Source: the human T2T-CHM13v2.0 reference genome, Homo sapiens. Taken from it: a DNA stretch of 64,000 nt. Position 1 is the first letter of the stretch. The number at the start of each line of letters is the position of its first letter. A program made the translations under genes and the position numbers. The notes under the pieces are model-generated. The model was not told the DNA's origin. It ran no database searches and saw only the letters and a program-made list of their open reading frames with translations. This document shows positions 25,001-39,300 of the stretch, piece by piece. The DNA is taken from assembly GCF_009914755.1 (NCBI RefSeq), contig NC_060944.1, one strand, 5' to 3'.

Positions 25001-26324
25001 CAGAAGCATTCTCAGAAACTGCTTTGGGATGTTTCAATTGAAGTCCCAGTGTTGAACATTCCCATTCATAGAGCAGGTTTGAAACACTCTTTTTGTACTA
25101 TCTGGAAGTGGACATTTGGAGCGCTTTCAGGTCTACGGTGAAAAAGGAGATATCTTCCAATAAAAACTAGATAGAAGCAATGTCAGAACTTTTTTCATGA
25201 TGTATCTACTCAGCAAACAGAGTTGAACCTTTCTTTTGAGAGAGCAGTTTTGAAACACTCTTTCTGTGGAATATGCAAGTGGGTATTAGGCCAGCTTGGA
25301 GGATTTCGTTGGAAACGGGAATACGTATAAAAAGCAGACAGCAGCATTGTCAGAAACTACTTTGTGATGTTTGCATTCAAGTCACAGAATTGAACACTCC
25401 CTTTCACAGAGCAGGTTTGAAACACTCTTTTTGTAGTGTCTGTAAGTGAACATTTGGATTGCTTTCAGGCCTAAGGTGAAAAAGGAAATATCTTCCCATA
25501 AAAACTAGACAGAAGCATTCTCAGAAACTTGTTTGTGATGGGTGCCCTCTACTGACAGAGTTGAACCTTTCTTTGCAAAGAGCAGTTTTGAAACACTCTT
25601 TTTGTAGAATCTGCAAGAGGATATTTGGATAGCTTTGAGGATTTCTTGGGAAACGGGAATGTCTTCAGATAAACTCTAGACAGAAGCATTCTCAGAAACT
25701 TCTTTGGGATGTTTCAATTGAAGTCACAGTGTTGAACATTCCCTTTCACAGAGCAGGTTTGAAACACTCTTTTTGTAGTGTCTATAAGTGAACATTTGGC
25801 GTGCTTTCAGGCCTAACGTGAAAAAGGAAATATCTTCCCATAAAAACTAGACAGAAGCATTCTCAGAAACTTGTTCTTGATGTGTCCCCTCTACTGACAG
25901 AGTTGAACCTTTCTTTGCAAAGAGCAGCTTTGAAACACTCTTTTTGTAGAATCTGCAAGAGGATATTTGGATAGCTTGGAGGATTTCGTTGGAAACGGGT
26001 ATGTCTTCAGATAAACTCTAGACAGAAGCATTCTCAGAAACTTCTTTGGGATGTTGCATTCAAGTCACAGAGTAGAACATTCCCATTCATAGAGCAGATT
26101 TGAAACACTCTTTTTGTAGTATCTGGAAGTGGACATTTGGAGCGCTTTCAGGCCTATGTTGAAAAAGGAAATATCTTCCCATAAAAACTAGACGGAAGCA
26201 TTCTCAGAAACTTATTTGTGATGTGTTTGCTCAACTAACAGGATTGAACCATCGTTTTGAAGGAGCAGTTTTGAAACACTGTTTTCGTGGAATCTGCAAG
26301 TGGATATTTGGCTAGCTTTGAGGA

Positions 26325-26340
26325 TTTCGAGGAAACGGGA
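26325..26340 (+). promoter_or_regulatory. Disrupted CENP-B box (m9 of H10)
   Basis: TTTCGAGGAAACGGGA (16 bp): TT is replaced by A, a net -1 bp that accounts for the 2718 bp length of H10. Confidence 0.85.
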
Positions 26341-29300
26341 TTACGTATAAAAAGGAGACAGCAGCATTCTCAGAAACTTCTTTGTGATGTCTGCATTCAA
26401 TTCACAGAGTTGAGCATTCCCTTTCATAGAGCAGGTTGGAAACACTCTTTTTGTAGTATCTGGATGAGGACATTTGGAGCGCTTTCAGGCGTATGGTGAA
26501 AAAGGAAATATCTTCCCGTAAAAACTAGACAGAAGCATTCTCAGAAGTTTATTTGTGATGTGTGCCCTCAACTAACAGAGTTGAACCTTTCTTTTGATAG
26601 AGCAGTTCTGAAACACTCTTTTTGTAAAATCTGCAAGAGGATATTTGGATAGCTTTGAGGATTTCGTTGCAAACGGGAATGGCTTCATATAAACTCTAGA
26701 CAGAAGCATTCTCAGAAACTTCGTTGGGATGTTTCGATTGAAGTCCCAGTGTTGAACATTCCCTTTTATAGAGCAGGTTGGAAACACTCTTTCTGCATTC
26801 CCTGGAAGTGGACATTTGGAGCGCTTTCAGGACGACGGTGAAAATGGAAATATCTTCCAAGAAAATCTAGATAGAAGCAACGTCAGAAACTTTTATGTGA
26901 TGGATCTACTCAGCTAACAGAGTTGAACCTTTCTTTTGAGAGAGCAGTTTTGCAACACTCTTTTTGTGGAATATGCAAGTGGATATTAGGGCAGCTTTGA
27001 GGATTTCGTTGGAAACGGGAATACATGTAAAAAGCAGACAGCAGCATTCTCAGAAACTTCTTTGTGATGTTTGCATTGAAGTCACAGAGTTGAACATTCC
27101 CTTTGAGAGAGCAGGTTTGAAACACGCCTTTTGTCATATCTGGAAGTGTCCATTCGGAGCGCATTCAGGCTTGTGTTGAAAAAGGAAATATCCTCCCATA
27201 AAAACTAGACAGAAGCATTCTCAGAAACTTATCTGTGATGTATGTACTCAACTAACAGAACTAAACCATCGTTTTGAAGGAGCAGTTTTGAAACATTCTT
27301 TTTGCGGAATCTGCAAGTGGATATTTGGCTAGCTGGGAGGATTTCGTTGGAAACGGGAGTACATACAAAAAGCAGAGAGCAGCATTCTCAGAAACTTCTT
27401 TGTGATGTTTGCATTCAAGTCACAGAGTTGAACATTCCCTTTCATAGAGCAGGTTTGAAACACTCTTTTTGTAGTATCTGGATGTGGACATTTGGATCGC
27501 TTTCAGGCCTATGGTGAAAAAGGAAATATCTTCCCATGAAAACTAGACAGAAGCATTCTCAGAAACTTATTTGTGATGTGTGCCCTCAACTGACAGTGTT
27601 GAACCTTTGTTTTGATAGAGCAGTTCTGAAACACACTTTTTGTAAAATCTGCAAGAGGATATTTGGATAGCTTTGAGGATTTCGTTGGAAACGGGAATGT
27701 CTTCATGTAAACTCTGGACAGAAGCATTCTCAGAAACTGCTTTGGGATGTTTCAATTGAAGTCCCAGTGTTGAACATTCCCTTTCATAGAGCAGGTTTGA
27801 AACACTCTTTTTGTACTATCTGGAAGTGGACATTTGGAGCGCTTTCAGGTCTACGGTGAAAAAGGAGATATCTTCCAATAAAAACTAGATAGAAGCAATG
27901 TCAGAACTTTTTTCATGATGTATCTACTCAGCAAACAGAGTTGAACCTTTCTTTTGAGAGAGCAGTTTTGAAACACTCTTTTTGTGGAATATGCAAGTGG
28001 GTATTAGGCCAGCTTGGAGGATTTCGTTGGAAACGGGAATACGTATAAAAAGCAGACAGCAGCATTGTCAGAAACTACTTTGTGATGTTTGCATTCAAGT
28101 CACAGAATTGAACACTCCCTTTCACAGAGCAGGTTTGAAACACTCTTTTTGTAGTGTCTGTAAGTGAACATTTGGATTGCTTTCAGGCCTAAGGTGAAAA
28201 AGGAAATATCTTCCCATAAAAACTAGACAGAAGCATTCTCAGAAACTTGTTTGTGATGGGTGCCCTCTACTGACAGAGTTGAACCTTTCTTTGCAAAGAG
28301 CAGTTTTGAAACACTCTTTTTGTAGAATCTGCAAGAGGATATTTGGATAGCTTTGAGGATTTCTTGGGAAACGGGAATGTCTTCAGATAAACTCTAGACA
28401 GAAGCATTCTCAGAAACTTCTTTGGGATGTTTCAATTGAAGTCACAGTGTTGAACATTCCCTTTCACAGAGCAGGTTTGAAACACTCTTTTTGTAGTGTC
28501 TATAAGTGAACATTTGGCGTGCTTTCAGGCCTAACGTGAAAAAGGAAATATCTTCCCATAAAAACTAGACAGAAGCATTCTCAGAAACTTGTTCTTGATG
28601 TGTCCCCTCTACTGACAGAGTTGAACCTTTCTTTGCAAAGAGCAGCTTTGAAACACTCTTTTTGTAGAATCTGCAAGAGGATATTTGGATAGCTTGGAGG
28701 ATTTCGTTGGAAACGGGTATGTCTTCAGATAAACTCTAGACAGAAGCATTCTCAGAAACTTCTTTGGGATGTTGCATTCAAGTCACAGAGTAGAACATTC
28801 CCATTCATAGAGCAGATTTGAAACACTCTTTTTGTAGTATCTGGAAGTGGACATTTGGAGCGCTTTCAGGCCTATGTTGAAAAAGGAAATATCTTCCCAT
28901 AAAAACTAGACGGAAGCATTCTCAGAAACTTATTTGTGATGTGTTTGCTCAACTAACAGGATTGAACCATCGTTTTGAAGGAGCAGTTTTGAAACACTGT
29001 TTTCGTGGAATCTGCAAGTGGATATTTGGCTAGCTTTGAGGATTTCGTTGGAAACGGGATTACATATAAAAAGGAGACAGCAGCATTCTCAGAAACTTCT
29101 TTGTGATGTCTGCATTCAATTCACAGAGTTGAACATTCCCTTTCATAGAGCAGGTTGGAAACACTCTTTTTGTAGTATCTGGATGAGGACATTTGGAGCG
29201 CTTTCAGGCGTATGGTGAAAAAGGAAATATCTTCCCGTAAAAACTAGACAGAAGCATTCTCAGAAGTTTATTTGTGATGTGTGCCCTCAACTAACAGAGT

Positions 29301-30249
29301 TGAACCTTTCTTTTGATAGAGCAGTTTTGAAACACTCTTTTTGTAAAATCTGCAAGAGGATATTTGGATAGCTTTGAGGATTTCGTTGCAAACGGGAATG
29401 GCTTCATATAAACTCTAGACAGAAGCATTCTCAGAAACTTCGTTGGGATGTTTCGATTGAAGTCCCAGTGTTGAACATTCCCTTTTATAGAGCAGGTTGG
29501 AAACACTCTTTCTGCATTCCCTGGAAGTGGACATTTGGAGCGCTTTCAGGACGACGGTGAAAATGGAAATATCTTCCAAGAAAATCTAGATAGAAGCAAC
29601 GTCAGAAACTTTTATGTGATGGATCTACTCAGCTAACAGAGTTGAACCTTTCTTTTGAGAGAGCAGTTTTGCAACACTCTTTTTGTGGAATATGCAAGTG
29701 GATATTAGGGCAGCTTTGAGGATTTCGTTGGAAACGGGAATACATGTAAAAAGCAGACAGCAGCATTCTCAAAAACTTCTTTGTGATGTTTGCATTGAAG
29801 TCACAGAGTTGAACATTCCATTTGAGAGAGCAGGATTGAAACACGCCTTTTGTCATATCTGGAAGTGTCCATTCGGAGCGCATTCAGGCTTGTGTTGAAA
29901 AAGGAAATATCCTCCCATAAAAACTATACAGAAGCATTCTCAGAAACTTATTTGTGATGTATGTACTCAACTAACAGAACTAAACCATCGTTTTGAAGGA
30001 GCAGTTTTGAAACACTGTTTTTGCGGAATCTGCAACTGGATATTTGGCTAGCTGGGAGGATTTCGTTGGAAACGGGATTACATACAAAAAGCAGAGAGCA
30101 GCATTCTCAGAAACTTCTTTGTGATGTTTGCATTCAAGTCACAGAGTTGAACATTCCCTTTCATAGAGCAGGTTTGAAACACTCTTTTTGTAATATCTGG
30201 ATGTGGACATTTGGATCGCTTTCAGGCCTATGGTGAAAAAGGAAATATC

Positions 30250-33200
30250 TTCCCATGAAAACTAGACAGAAGCATTCTCAGAAACTTATTTGTGATGTGT
30301 GCCCTCAACTGACAGTGTTGAACCTTTGTTTTGATAGAGCAGTTCTGAAACACACTTTTTGTAAAATCTGCAAGAGGATATTTGGATAGCTTTGAGGATT
30401 TCGTTGGAAACGGGAATGTCTTCATGTAAACTCTAGACAGAAGCATTCTCAGAAACTGCTTTGGGATGTTTCAATTGAAGTCCCAGTGTTGAACATTCCC
30501 TTTCATAGAGCAGGTTTGAAACACTCTTTTTGTACTATCTGGAAGTGGACATTTGGAGCGCTTTCACGTCTACGGTGAAAAAGGAGATATCTTCCAATAA
30601 AAACTAGATAGAAGCAATGTCAGAACTTTTTTCATGATGTATCTACTCAGCAAACAGAGTTGAACCTTTCTTTTGAGAGAGCAGTTTTGAAACACTCTTT
30701 CTGTGGAATATGCAAGTGGGTATTAGGCCAGCTTGGAGGATTTCGTTGGAAACGGGAATACGTATAAAAAGCAGACAGCAGCATTGTCAGAAACTACTTT
30801 GTGATGCTTGCATTCAAGTCACAGAATTGAACACTCCCTTTCACAGAGCAGGTTTGAAACACTCTTTTTGTAGTGTCTGTAAGTGAACATTTGGATTGCT
30901 TTCAGGCCTAAGGTGAAAAAGGAAATATCTTCCCATAAAAACTAGACAGAAGCATTCTCAGAAACTTGTTTGTGATGTGTGCCCTCTACTGACAGAGTTG
31001 AAACTTTCTTTGCAAAGAGCAGTTTTGAAACACTCTTTTTGTAGAATCTGCAAGAGGATATTTGGATAGCTTTGAGGATTTCTTGGGAAACGGGAATGTC
31101 TTCAGATAAACTCTAGACAGAAGCATTCTCAGAAACTTCTTTGGGATGTTTCAATTGAAGTCACAGTGTTGTACATTCCCTTTCACAGAGCAGGTTTGAA
31201 ACACTCTTTTTGTAGTGTCTATAAGTGAACATTTGGCGTGCTTTCAGGCCTAACGTGAAAAAGGAAATATCTTCCCATAAAAACTAGACAGAAGCATTCT
31301 CAGAAACTTGTTCTTGATGTGTGCCCTCTACTGACAGAGTTGAACCTTTCTTTGCAAAGAGCAGTTTTGAAACACTCTTTTTGTAGAATCTGCAAGAGGA
31401 TATTTGGATAGCTTTGAGGATTTCTTGGGAAACGGGAATGTCTTCAGATAAACTCTAGACAGAAGCATTCTCAGAAACTTCTTTGGGATGTTTCAATTGA
31501 AGTCACAGTGTTGAACATTCCCTTTCACAGAGCAGGTTTGAAACACTCTTTTTGTAGTGTCTATAAGTGAACATTTGGCGTGCTTTCAGGCCTAACGTGA
31601 AAAAGGAAATATCTTCCCATAAAAACTAGACAGAAGCATTCTCAGAAACTTGTTCTTGATGTGTCCCCTCTACTGACAGAGTTGAACCTTTCTTTGCAAA
31701 GAGCAGCTTTGAAACACTCTTTTTGTAGAATCTGCAAGAGGATATTTGGATAGCTTGGAGGATTTCGTTGGAAACGGGTATGTCTTCAGATAAACTCTAG
31801 ACAGAAGCATTCTCAGAAACTTCTTTGGGATGTTGCATTCAAGTCACAGAGTAGAACATTCCCATTCATAGAGCAGATTTGAAACACTCTTTTTGTAGTA
31901 TCTGGAAGTGGACATTTGGAGCGCTTTCAGGCCTATGTTGAAAAAGGAAATATCTTCCCATAAAAACTAGACGGAAGCATTCTCAGAAACTTATTTGTGA
32001 TGTGTTTGCTCAACTAACAGGATTGAACCATCGTTTTGAAGGAGCAGTTTTGAAACACTGTTTTCGTGGAATCTGCAAGTGGATATTTGGCTAGCTTTGA
32101 GGATTTCGTTGGAAACGGGATTACATATAAAAAGGAGACAGCAGCATTCTCAGAAACTTCTTTGTGATGTCTGCATTCAATTCACAGAGTTGAGCATTCC
32201 CTTTCATAGAGCAGGTTGGAAACACTCTTTTTGTAGTATCTGGATGAGGACATTTGGAGCGCTTTCAGGCGTATGGTGAAAAAGGAAATATCTTCCCGTA
32301 AAAACTAGACAGAAGCATTCTCAGAAGTTTATTTGTGATGTGTGCCCTCAACTAACAGAGTTGAACCTTTCTTTTGATAGAGCAGTTTTGAAACACTCTT
32401 TTTGTAAAATCTGCAAGAGGATATTTGGATAGCTTTGAGGATTTCGTTGCAAACGGGAATGGCTTCATATAAACTCTAGACAGAAGCATTCTCAGAAACT
32501 TCGTTGGGATGTTTCGATTGAAGTCCCAGTGTTGAACATTCCCTTTTATAGAGCAGGTTGGAAACACTCTTTCTGCATTCCCTGGAAGTGGACATTTGGA
32601 GCGCTTTCAGGACGACGGTGAAAATGGAAATATCTTCCAAGAAAATCTAGATAGAAGCAATGTCAGAAACTTTTATGTGATGGATCTACTCAGCTAACAG
32701 AGTTGAACCTTTCTTTTGAGAGAGCAGTTTTGCAACACTCTTTTTGTGGAATATGCAAGTGGATATTAGGGCAGCTTTGAGGATTTCGTTGGAAACGGGA
32801 ATACATGTAAAAAGCAGACAGCAGCATTCTCAGAAACTTCTTTGTGATGTTTGCATTGAAGTCACAGAGTTGAACATTCCCTTTGAGAGAGCAGGTTTGA
32901 AACACGCCTTTTGTCATATCTGGAAGTGTCCATTCGGAGCGCATTCAGGCTTGTGTTGAAAAAGGAAATATCCTCCCATAAAAACTAGACAGAAGCATTC
33001 TCAGAAACTTATCTGTGATGTATGTACTCAACTAACAGAACTAAACCATCGTTTTGAAGGAGCAGTTTTGAAACACTCTTTTTGCGGAATCTGCAAGTGG
33101 ATATTTGGCTAGCTGGGAGGATTTCGTTGGAAACGGGATTACATACAAAAAGCAGACAGCAGCATTCTCAGAAACTTCTTTGTGATGTTTGCATTCAAGT

Positions 33201-33310
33201 CACAGAGTTGAACATTCCCTTTCATAGAGCAGGTTTGAAACACTCTTTTTGTAGTATCTGGATGTGGACATTTGGATCGCTTTCAGGCCTATGGTGAAAA
33301 AGGAAATATC
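30250..33310 (+). repeat. 18-mer structural-variant HOR H12 (3061 bp); extra dimer at 31295-31636
   Basis: Period is 3061 with the same duplicated dimer as H8. Confidence 0.95.
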
Positions 33311-36300
33311 TTCCCATGAAAACTAGACAGAAGCATTCTCAGAAACTTATTTGTGATGTGTGCCCTCAACTGACAGTGTTGAACCTTTGTTTTGATAGAG
33401 CAGTTCTGAAACACACTTTTTGTAAAATCTGCAAGAGGATATTTGGATAGCTTTGAGGATTTCGTTGGAAACGGGAATGTCTTCATGTAAACTCTAGACA
33501 GAAGCATTCTCAGAAACTGCTTTGGGATGTTTCAATTGAAGTCCCAGTGTTGAACATTCCCATTCATAGAGCAGGTTTGAAACACTCTTTTTGTACTATC
33601 TGGAAGTGGACATTTGGAGCGCTTTCAGGTCTACGGTGAAAAAGGAGATATCTTCCAATAAAAACTAGATAGAAGCAATGTCAGAACTTTTTTCATGATG
33701 TATCTACTCAGCAAACAGAGTTGAACCTTTCTTTTGAGAGAGCAGTTTTGAAACACTCTTTTTGTGGAATATGCAAGTGGGTATTAGGCCAGCTTGGAGG
33801 ATTTCGTTGGAAACGGGAATACGTATAAAAAGCAGACAGCAGCATTGTCAGAAACTACTTTGTGATGTTTGCATTCAAGTCACAGAATTGAACACTCCCT
33901 TTCACAGAGCAGGTTTGAAACACTCTTTTTGTAGTGTCTGTAAGTGAACATTTGGATTGCTTTCAGGCCTAAGGTGAAAAAGGAAATATCTTCCCATAAA
34001 AACTAGACAGAAGCATTCTCAGAAACTTGTTCGTGATGTGTGCCCTCTACTGACAGAGTTGAACCTTTCTTTGCAAAGAGCAGTTTTGAAACACTCTTTT
34101 TGTAGAATCTGCAAGAGGATATTTGGATAGCTTTGAGGATTTCTTGGGAAACGGGAATGTCTTCAGATAAACTCTAGACAGAAGCATTCTCAGAAACTTC
34201 TTTGGGATGTTTCAATTGAAGTCACAGTGTTGAACATTCCCTTTCACAGAGCAGGTTTGAAACACTCTTTTTGTAGTGTCTATAAGTGAACATTTGGCGT
34301 GCTTTCAGGCCTAACGTGAAAAAGGAAATATCTTCCCATAAAAACTAGACAGAAGCATTCTCAGAAACTTGTTCTTGATGTGTCCCCTCTACTGACAGAG
34401 TTGAACCTTTCTTTGCAAAGAGCAGCTTTGAAACACTCTTTTTGTAGAATCTGCAAGAGGATATTTGGATAGCTTGGAGGATTTCGTTGGAAACGGGTAT
34501 GTCTTCAGATAAACTCTAGACAGAAGCATTCTCAGAAACTTCTTTGGGATGTTGCATTCAAGTCACAGAGTAGAACATTCCCATTCATAGAGCAGATTTG
34601 AAACACTCTTTTTGTAGTATCTGGAAGTGGACATTTGGAGCGCTTTCAGGCCTATGTTGAAAAAGGAAATATCTTCCCATAAAAACTAGACGGAAGCATT
34701 CTCAGAAACTTATTTGTGATGTGTTTGCTCAACTAACAGGATTGAACCATCGTTTTGAAGGAGCAGTTTTGAAACACTGTTTTCGTGGAATCTGCAAGTG
34801 GATATTTGGCTAGCTTTGAGGATTTCGTTGGAAACGGGATTACATATAAAAAGGAGACAGCAGCATTCTCAGAAACTTCTTTGTGATGTCTGCATTCAAT
34901 TCACAGAGTTGAGCATTCCCTTTCATAGAGCAGGTTGGAAACACTCTTTTTGTAGTATCTGGATGAGGACATTTGGAGCGCTTTCAGGCGTATGGTGAAA
35001 AAGGAAATATCTTCCCGTAAAAACTAGACAGAAGCATTCTCAGAAGTTTATTTGTGATGTGTGCCCTCAACTAACAGAGTTGAACCTTTCTTTTGATAGA
35101 GCAGTTTTGAAACACTCTTTTTGTAAAATCTGCAAGAGGATATTTGGATAGCTTTGAGGATTTCGTTGCAAACGGGAATGGCTTCATATAAACTCTAGAC
35201 AGAAGCATTCTCAGAAACTTCGTTGGGATGTTTCGATTGAAGTCCCAGTGTTGAACATTCCCTTTTATAGAGCAGGTTGGAAACACTCTTTCTGCATTCC
35301 CTGGAAGTGGACATTTGGAGCGCTTTCAGGACGACGGTGAAAATGGAAATATCTTCCAAGAAAATCTAGATAGAAGCAATGTCAGAAACTTTTATGTGAT
35401 GGATCTACTCAGCTAACAGAGTTGAACCTTTCTTTTGAGAGAGCAGTTTTGCAACACTCTTTTTGTGGAATATGCAAGTGGATATTAGGGCAGCTTTGAG
35501 GATTTCGTTGGAAACGGGAATACATGTAAAAAGCAGACAGCAGCATTCTCAGAAACTTCTTTGTGATGTTTGCATTGAAGTCACAGAGTTGAACATTCCC
35601 TTTGAGAGAGCAGGTTTGAAACACGCCTTTTGTCATATCTGGAAGTGTCCATTCGGAGCGCATTCAGGCTTGTGTTGAAAAAGGAAATATCCTCCCATAA
35701 AAACTAGACAGAAGCATTCTCAGAAACTTATCTGTGATGTATGTACTCAACTAACAGAACTAAACCATCGTTTTGAAGGAGCAGTTTTGAAACACTCTTT
35801 TTGCGGAATCTGCAAGTGGATATTTGGCTAGCTGGGAGGATTTCGTTGGAAACGGGAGTACATACAAAAAGCAGAGAGCAGCATTCTCAGAAACTTCTTT
35901 GTGATGTTTGCATTCAAGTCACAGAGTTGAACATTCCCTTTCATAGAGCAGGTTTGAAACACTCTTTTTGTAGTATCTGGATGTGGACATTTGGATCGCT
36001 TTCAGGCCTATGGTGAAAAAGGAAATATCTTCCCATGAAAACTAGACAGAAGCATTCTCAGAAACTTATTTGTGATGTGTGCCCTCAACTGACAGTGTTG
36101 AACCTTTGTTTTGATAGAGCAGTTCTGAAACACACTTTTTGTAAAATCTGCAAGAGGATATTTGGATAGCTTTGAGGATTTCGTTGGAAACGGGAATGTC
36201 TTCATGTAAACTCTAGACAGAAGCATTCTCAGAAACTGCTTTGGGATGTTTCAATTGAAGTCCCAGTGTTGAACATTCCCATTCATAGAGCAGGTTTGAA

Positions 36301-39300
36301 ACACTCTTTTTGTACTATCTGGAAGTGGACATTTGGAGCGCTTTCAGGTCTACGGTGAAAAAGGAGATATCTTCCAATAAAAACTAGATAGAAGCAATGT
36401 CAGAACTTTTTTCATGATGTATCTACTCAGCAAACAGAGTTGAACCTTTCTTTTGAGAGAGCAGTTTTGAAACACTCTTTTTGTGGAATATGCAAGTGGG
36501 TATTAGGCCAGCTTGGAGGATTTCGTTGGAAACGGGAATACGTATAAAAAGCAGACAGCAGCATTGTCAGAAACTACTTTGTGATGTTTGCATTCAAGTC
36601 ACAGAATTGAACACTCCCTTTCACAGAGCAGGTTTGAAACACTCTTTTTGTAGTGTCTGTAAGTGAACATTTGGATTGCTTTCAGGCCTAAGGTGAAAAA
36701 GGAAATATCTTCCCATAAAAACTAGACAGAAGCATTCTCAGAAACTTGTTTGTGATGTGTGCCCTCTACTGACAGAGTTGAACCTTTCTTTGCAAAGAGC
36801 AGTTTTGAAACACTCTTTTTGTAGAATCTGCAAGAGGATATTTGGATAGCTTTGAGGATTTCTTGGGAAACGGGAATGTCTTCAGATAAACTCTAGACAG
36901 AAGCATTCTCAGAAACTTCTTTGGGATGTTTCAATTGAAGTCACAGTGTTGAACATTCCCTTTCACAGAGCAGGTTTGAAACACTCTTTTTGTAGTGTCT
37001 ATAAGTGAACATTTGGCGTGCTTTCAGGCCTAACGTGAAAAAGGAAATATCTTCCCATAAAAACTAGACAGAAGCATTCTCAGAAACTTGTTCTTGATGT
37101 CCCCTCTACTGACAGAGTTGAACCTTTCTTTGCAAAGAGCAGCTTTGAAACACTCTTTTTGTAGAATCTGCAAGAGGATATTTGGATAGCTTGGAGGATT
37201 TCGTTGGAAACGGGTATGTCTTCAGATAAACTCTAGACAGAAGCATTCTCAGAAACTTCTTTGGGATGTTGCATTCAAGTCACAGAGTAGAACATTCCCA
37301 TTCATAGAGCAGATTTGAAACACTCTTTTTGTAGTATCTGGAAGTGGACATTTGGAGCGCTTTCAGGCCTATGTTGAAAAAGGAAATATCTTCCCATAAA
37401 AACTAGACGGAAGCATTCTCAGAAACTTATTTGTGATGTGTTTGCTCAACTAACAGGATTGAACCATCGTTTTGAAGGAGCAGTTTTGAAACACTGTTTT
37501 CGTGGAATCTGCAAGTGGATATTTGGCTAGCTTTGAGGATTTCGTTGGAAACGGGATTACGTATAAAAAGGAGACAGCAGCATTCTCAGAAACTTCTTTG
37601 TGATGTCTGCATTCAATTCACAGAGTTGAGCATTCCCTTTCATAGAGCAGGTTGGAAACACTCTTTTTGTAGTATCTGGATGAGGACATTTGGAGCGCTT
37701 TCAGGCGTATGGTGAAAAAGGAAATATCTTCCCGTAAAAACTAGACAGAAGCATTCTCAGAAGTTTATTTGTGATGTGTGCCCTCAACTAACAGAGTTGA
37801 ACCTTTCTTTTGATAGAGCAGTTTTGAAACACTCTTTTTGTAAAATCTGCAAGAGGATATTTGGATAGCTTTGAGGATTTCGTTGCAAACGGGAATGGCT
37901 TCATATAAACTCTAGACAGAAGCATTCTCAGAAACTTCGTTGGGATGTTTCGATTGAAGTCCCAGTGTTGAACATTCCCTTTTATAGAGCAGGTTGGAAA
38001 CACTCTTTCTGCATTCCCTGGAAGTGGACATTTGGAGCGCTTTCAGGACGACGGTGAAAATGGAAATATCTTCCAAGAAAATCTAGATAGAAGCAACGTC
38101 AGAAACTTTTATGTGATGGATCTACTCAGCTAACAGAGTTGAACCTTTCTTTTGAGAGAGCAGTTTTGCAACACTCTTTTTGTGGAATATGCAAGTGGAT
38201 ATTAGGGCAGCTTTGAGGATTTCGTTGGAAACGGGAATACATGTAAAAAGCAGACAGCAGCATTCTCAGAAACTTCTTTGTGATGTTTGCATTGAAGTCA
38301 CAGAGTTGAACATTCCCTTTGAGAGAGCAGGTTTGAAACACGCCTTTTGTCATATCTGGAAGTGTCCATTCGGAGCGCATTCAGGCTTGTGTTGAAAAAG
38401 GAAATATCCTCCCATAAAAACTAGACAGAAGCATTCTCAGAAACTTATCTGTGATGTATGTACTCAACTAACAGAACTAAACCATCGTTTTGAAGGAGCA
38501 GTTTTGAAACACTCTTTTTGCGGAATCTGCAAGTGGATATTTGGCTAGCTGGGAGGATTTCGTTGGAAACGGGATTACATACAAAAAGCAGACAGCAGCA
38601 TTCTCAGAAACTTCTTTGTGATGTTTGCATTCAAGTCACAGAGTTGAACATTCCCTTTCATAGAGCAGGTTTGAAACACTCTTTTTGTAGTATCTGGATG
38701 TGGACATTTGGATCGCTTTCAGGCCTATGGTGAAAAAGGAAATATCTTCCCATGAAAACTAGACAGAAGCATTCTCAGAAACTTATTTGTGATGTGTGCC
38801 CTCAACTGACAGTGTTGAACCTTTGTTTTGATAGAGCAGTTCTGAAACACACTTTTTGTAAAATCTGCAAGAGGATATTTGGATAGCTTTGAGGATTTCG
38901 TTGGAAACGGGAATGTCTTCATGTAAACTCTAGACAGAAGCATTCTCAGAAACTGCTTTGGGATGTTTCAATTGAAGTCCCAGTGTTGAACATTCCCATT
39001 CATAGAGCAGGTTTGAAACACTCTTTTTGTACTATCTGGAAGTGGACATTTGGAGCGCTTTCAGGTCTACGGTGAAAAAGGAGATATCTTCCAATAAAAA
39101 CTAGATAGAAGCAATGTCAGAACTTTTTTCATGATGTATCTACTCAGCAAACAGAGTTGAACCTTTCTTTTGAGAGAGCAGTTTTGAAACACTCTTTTTG
39201 TGGAATATGCAAGTGGGTATTAGGCCAGCTTGGAGGATTTCGTTGGAAACGGGAATACGTATAAAAAGCAGACAGCAGCATTGTCAGAAACTACTTTGTG

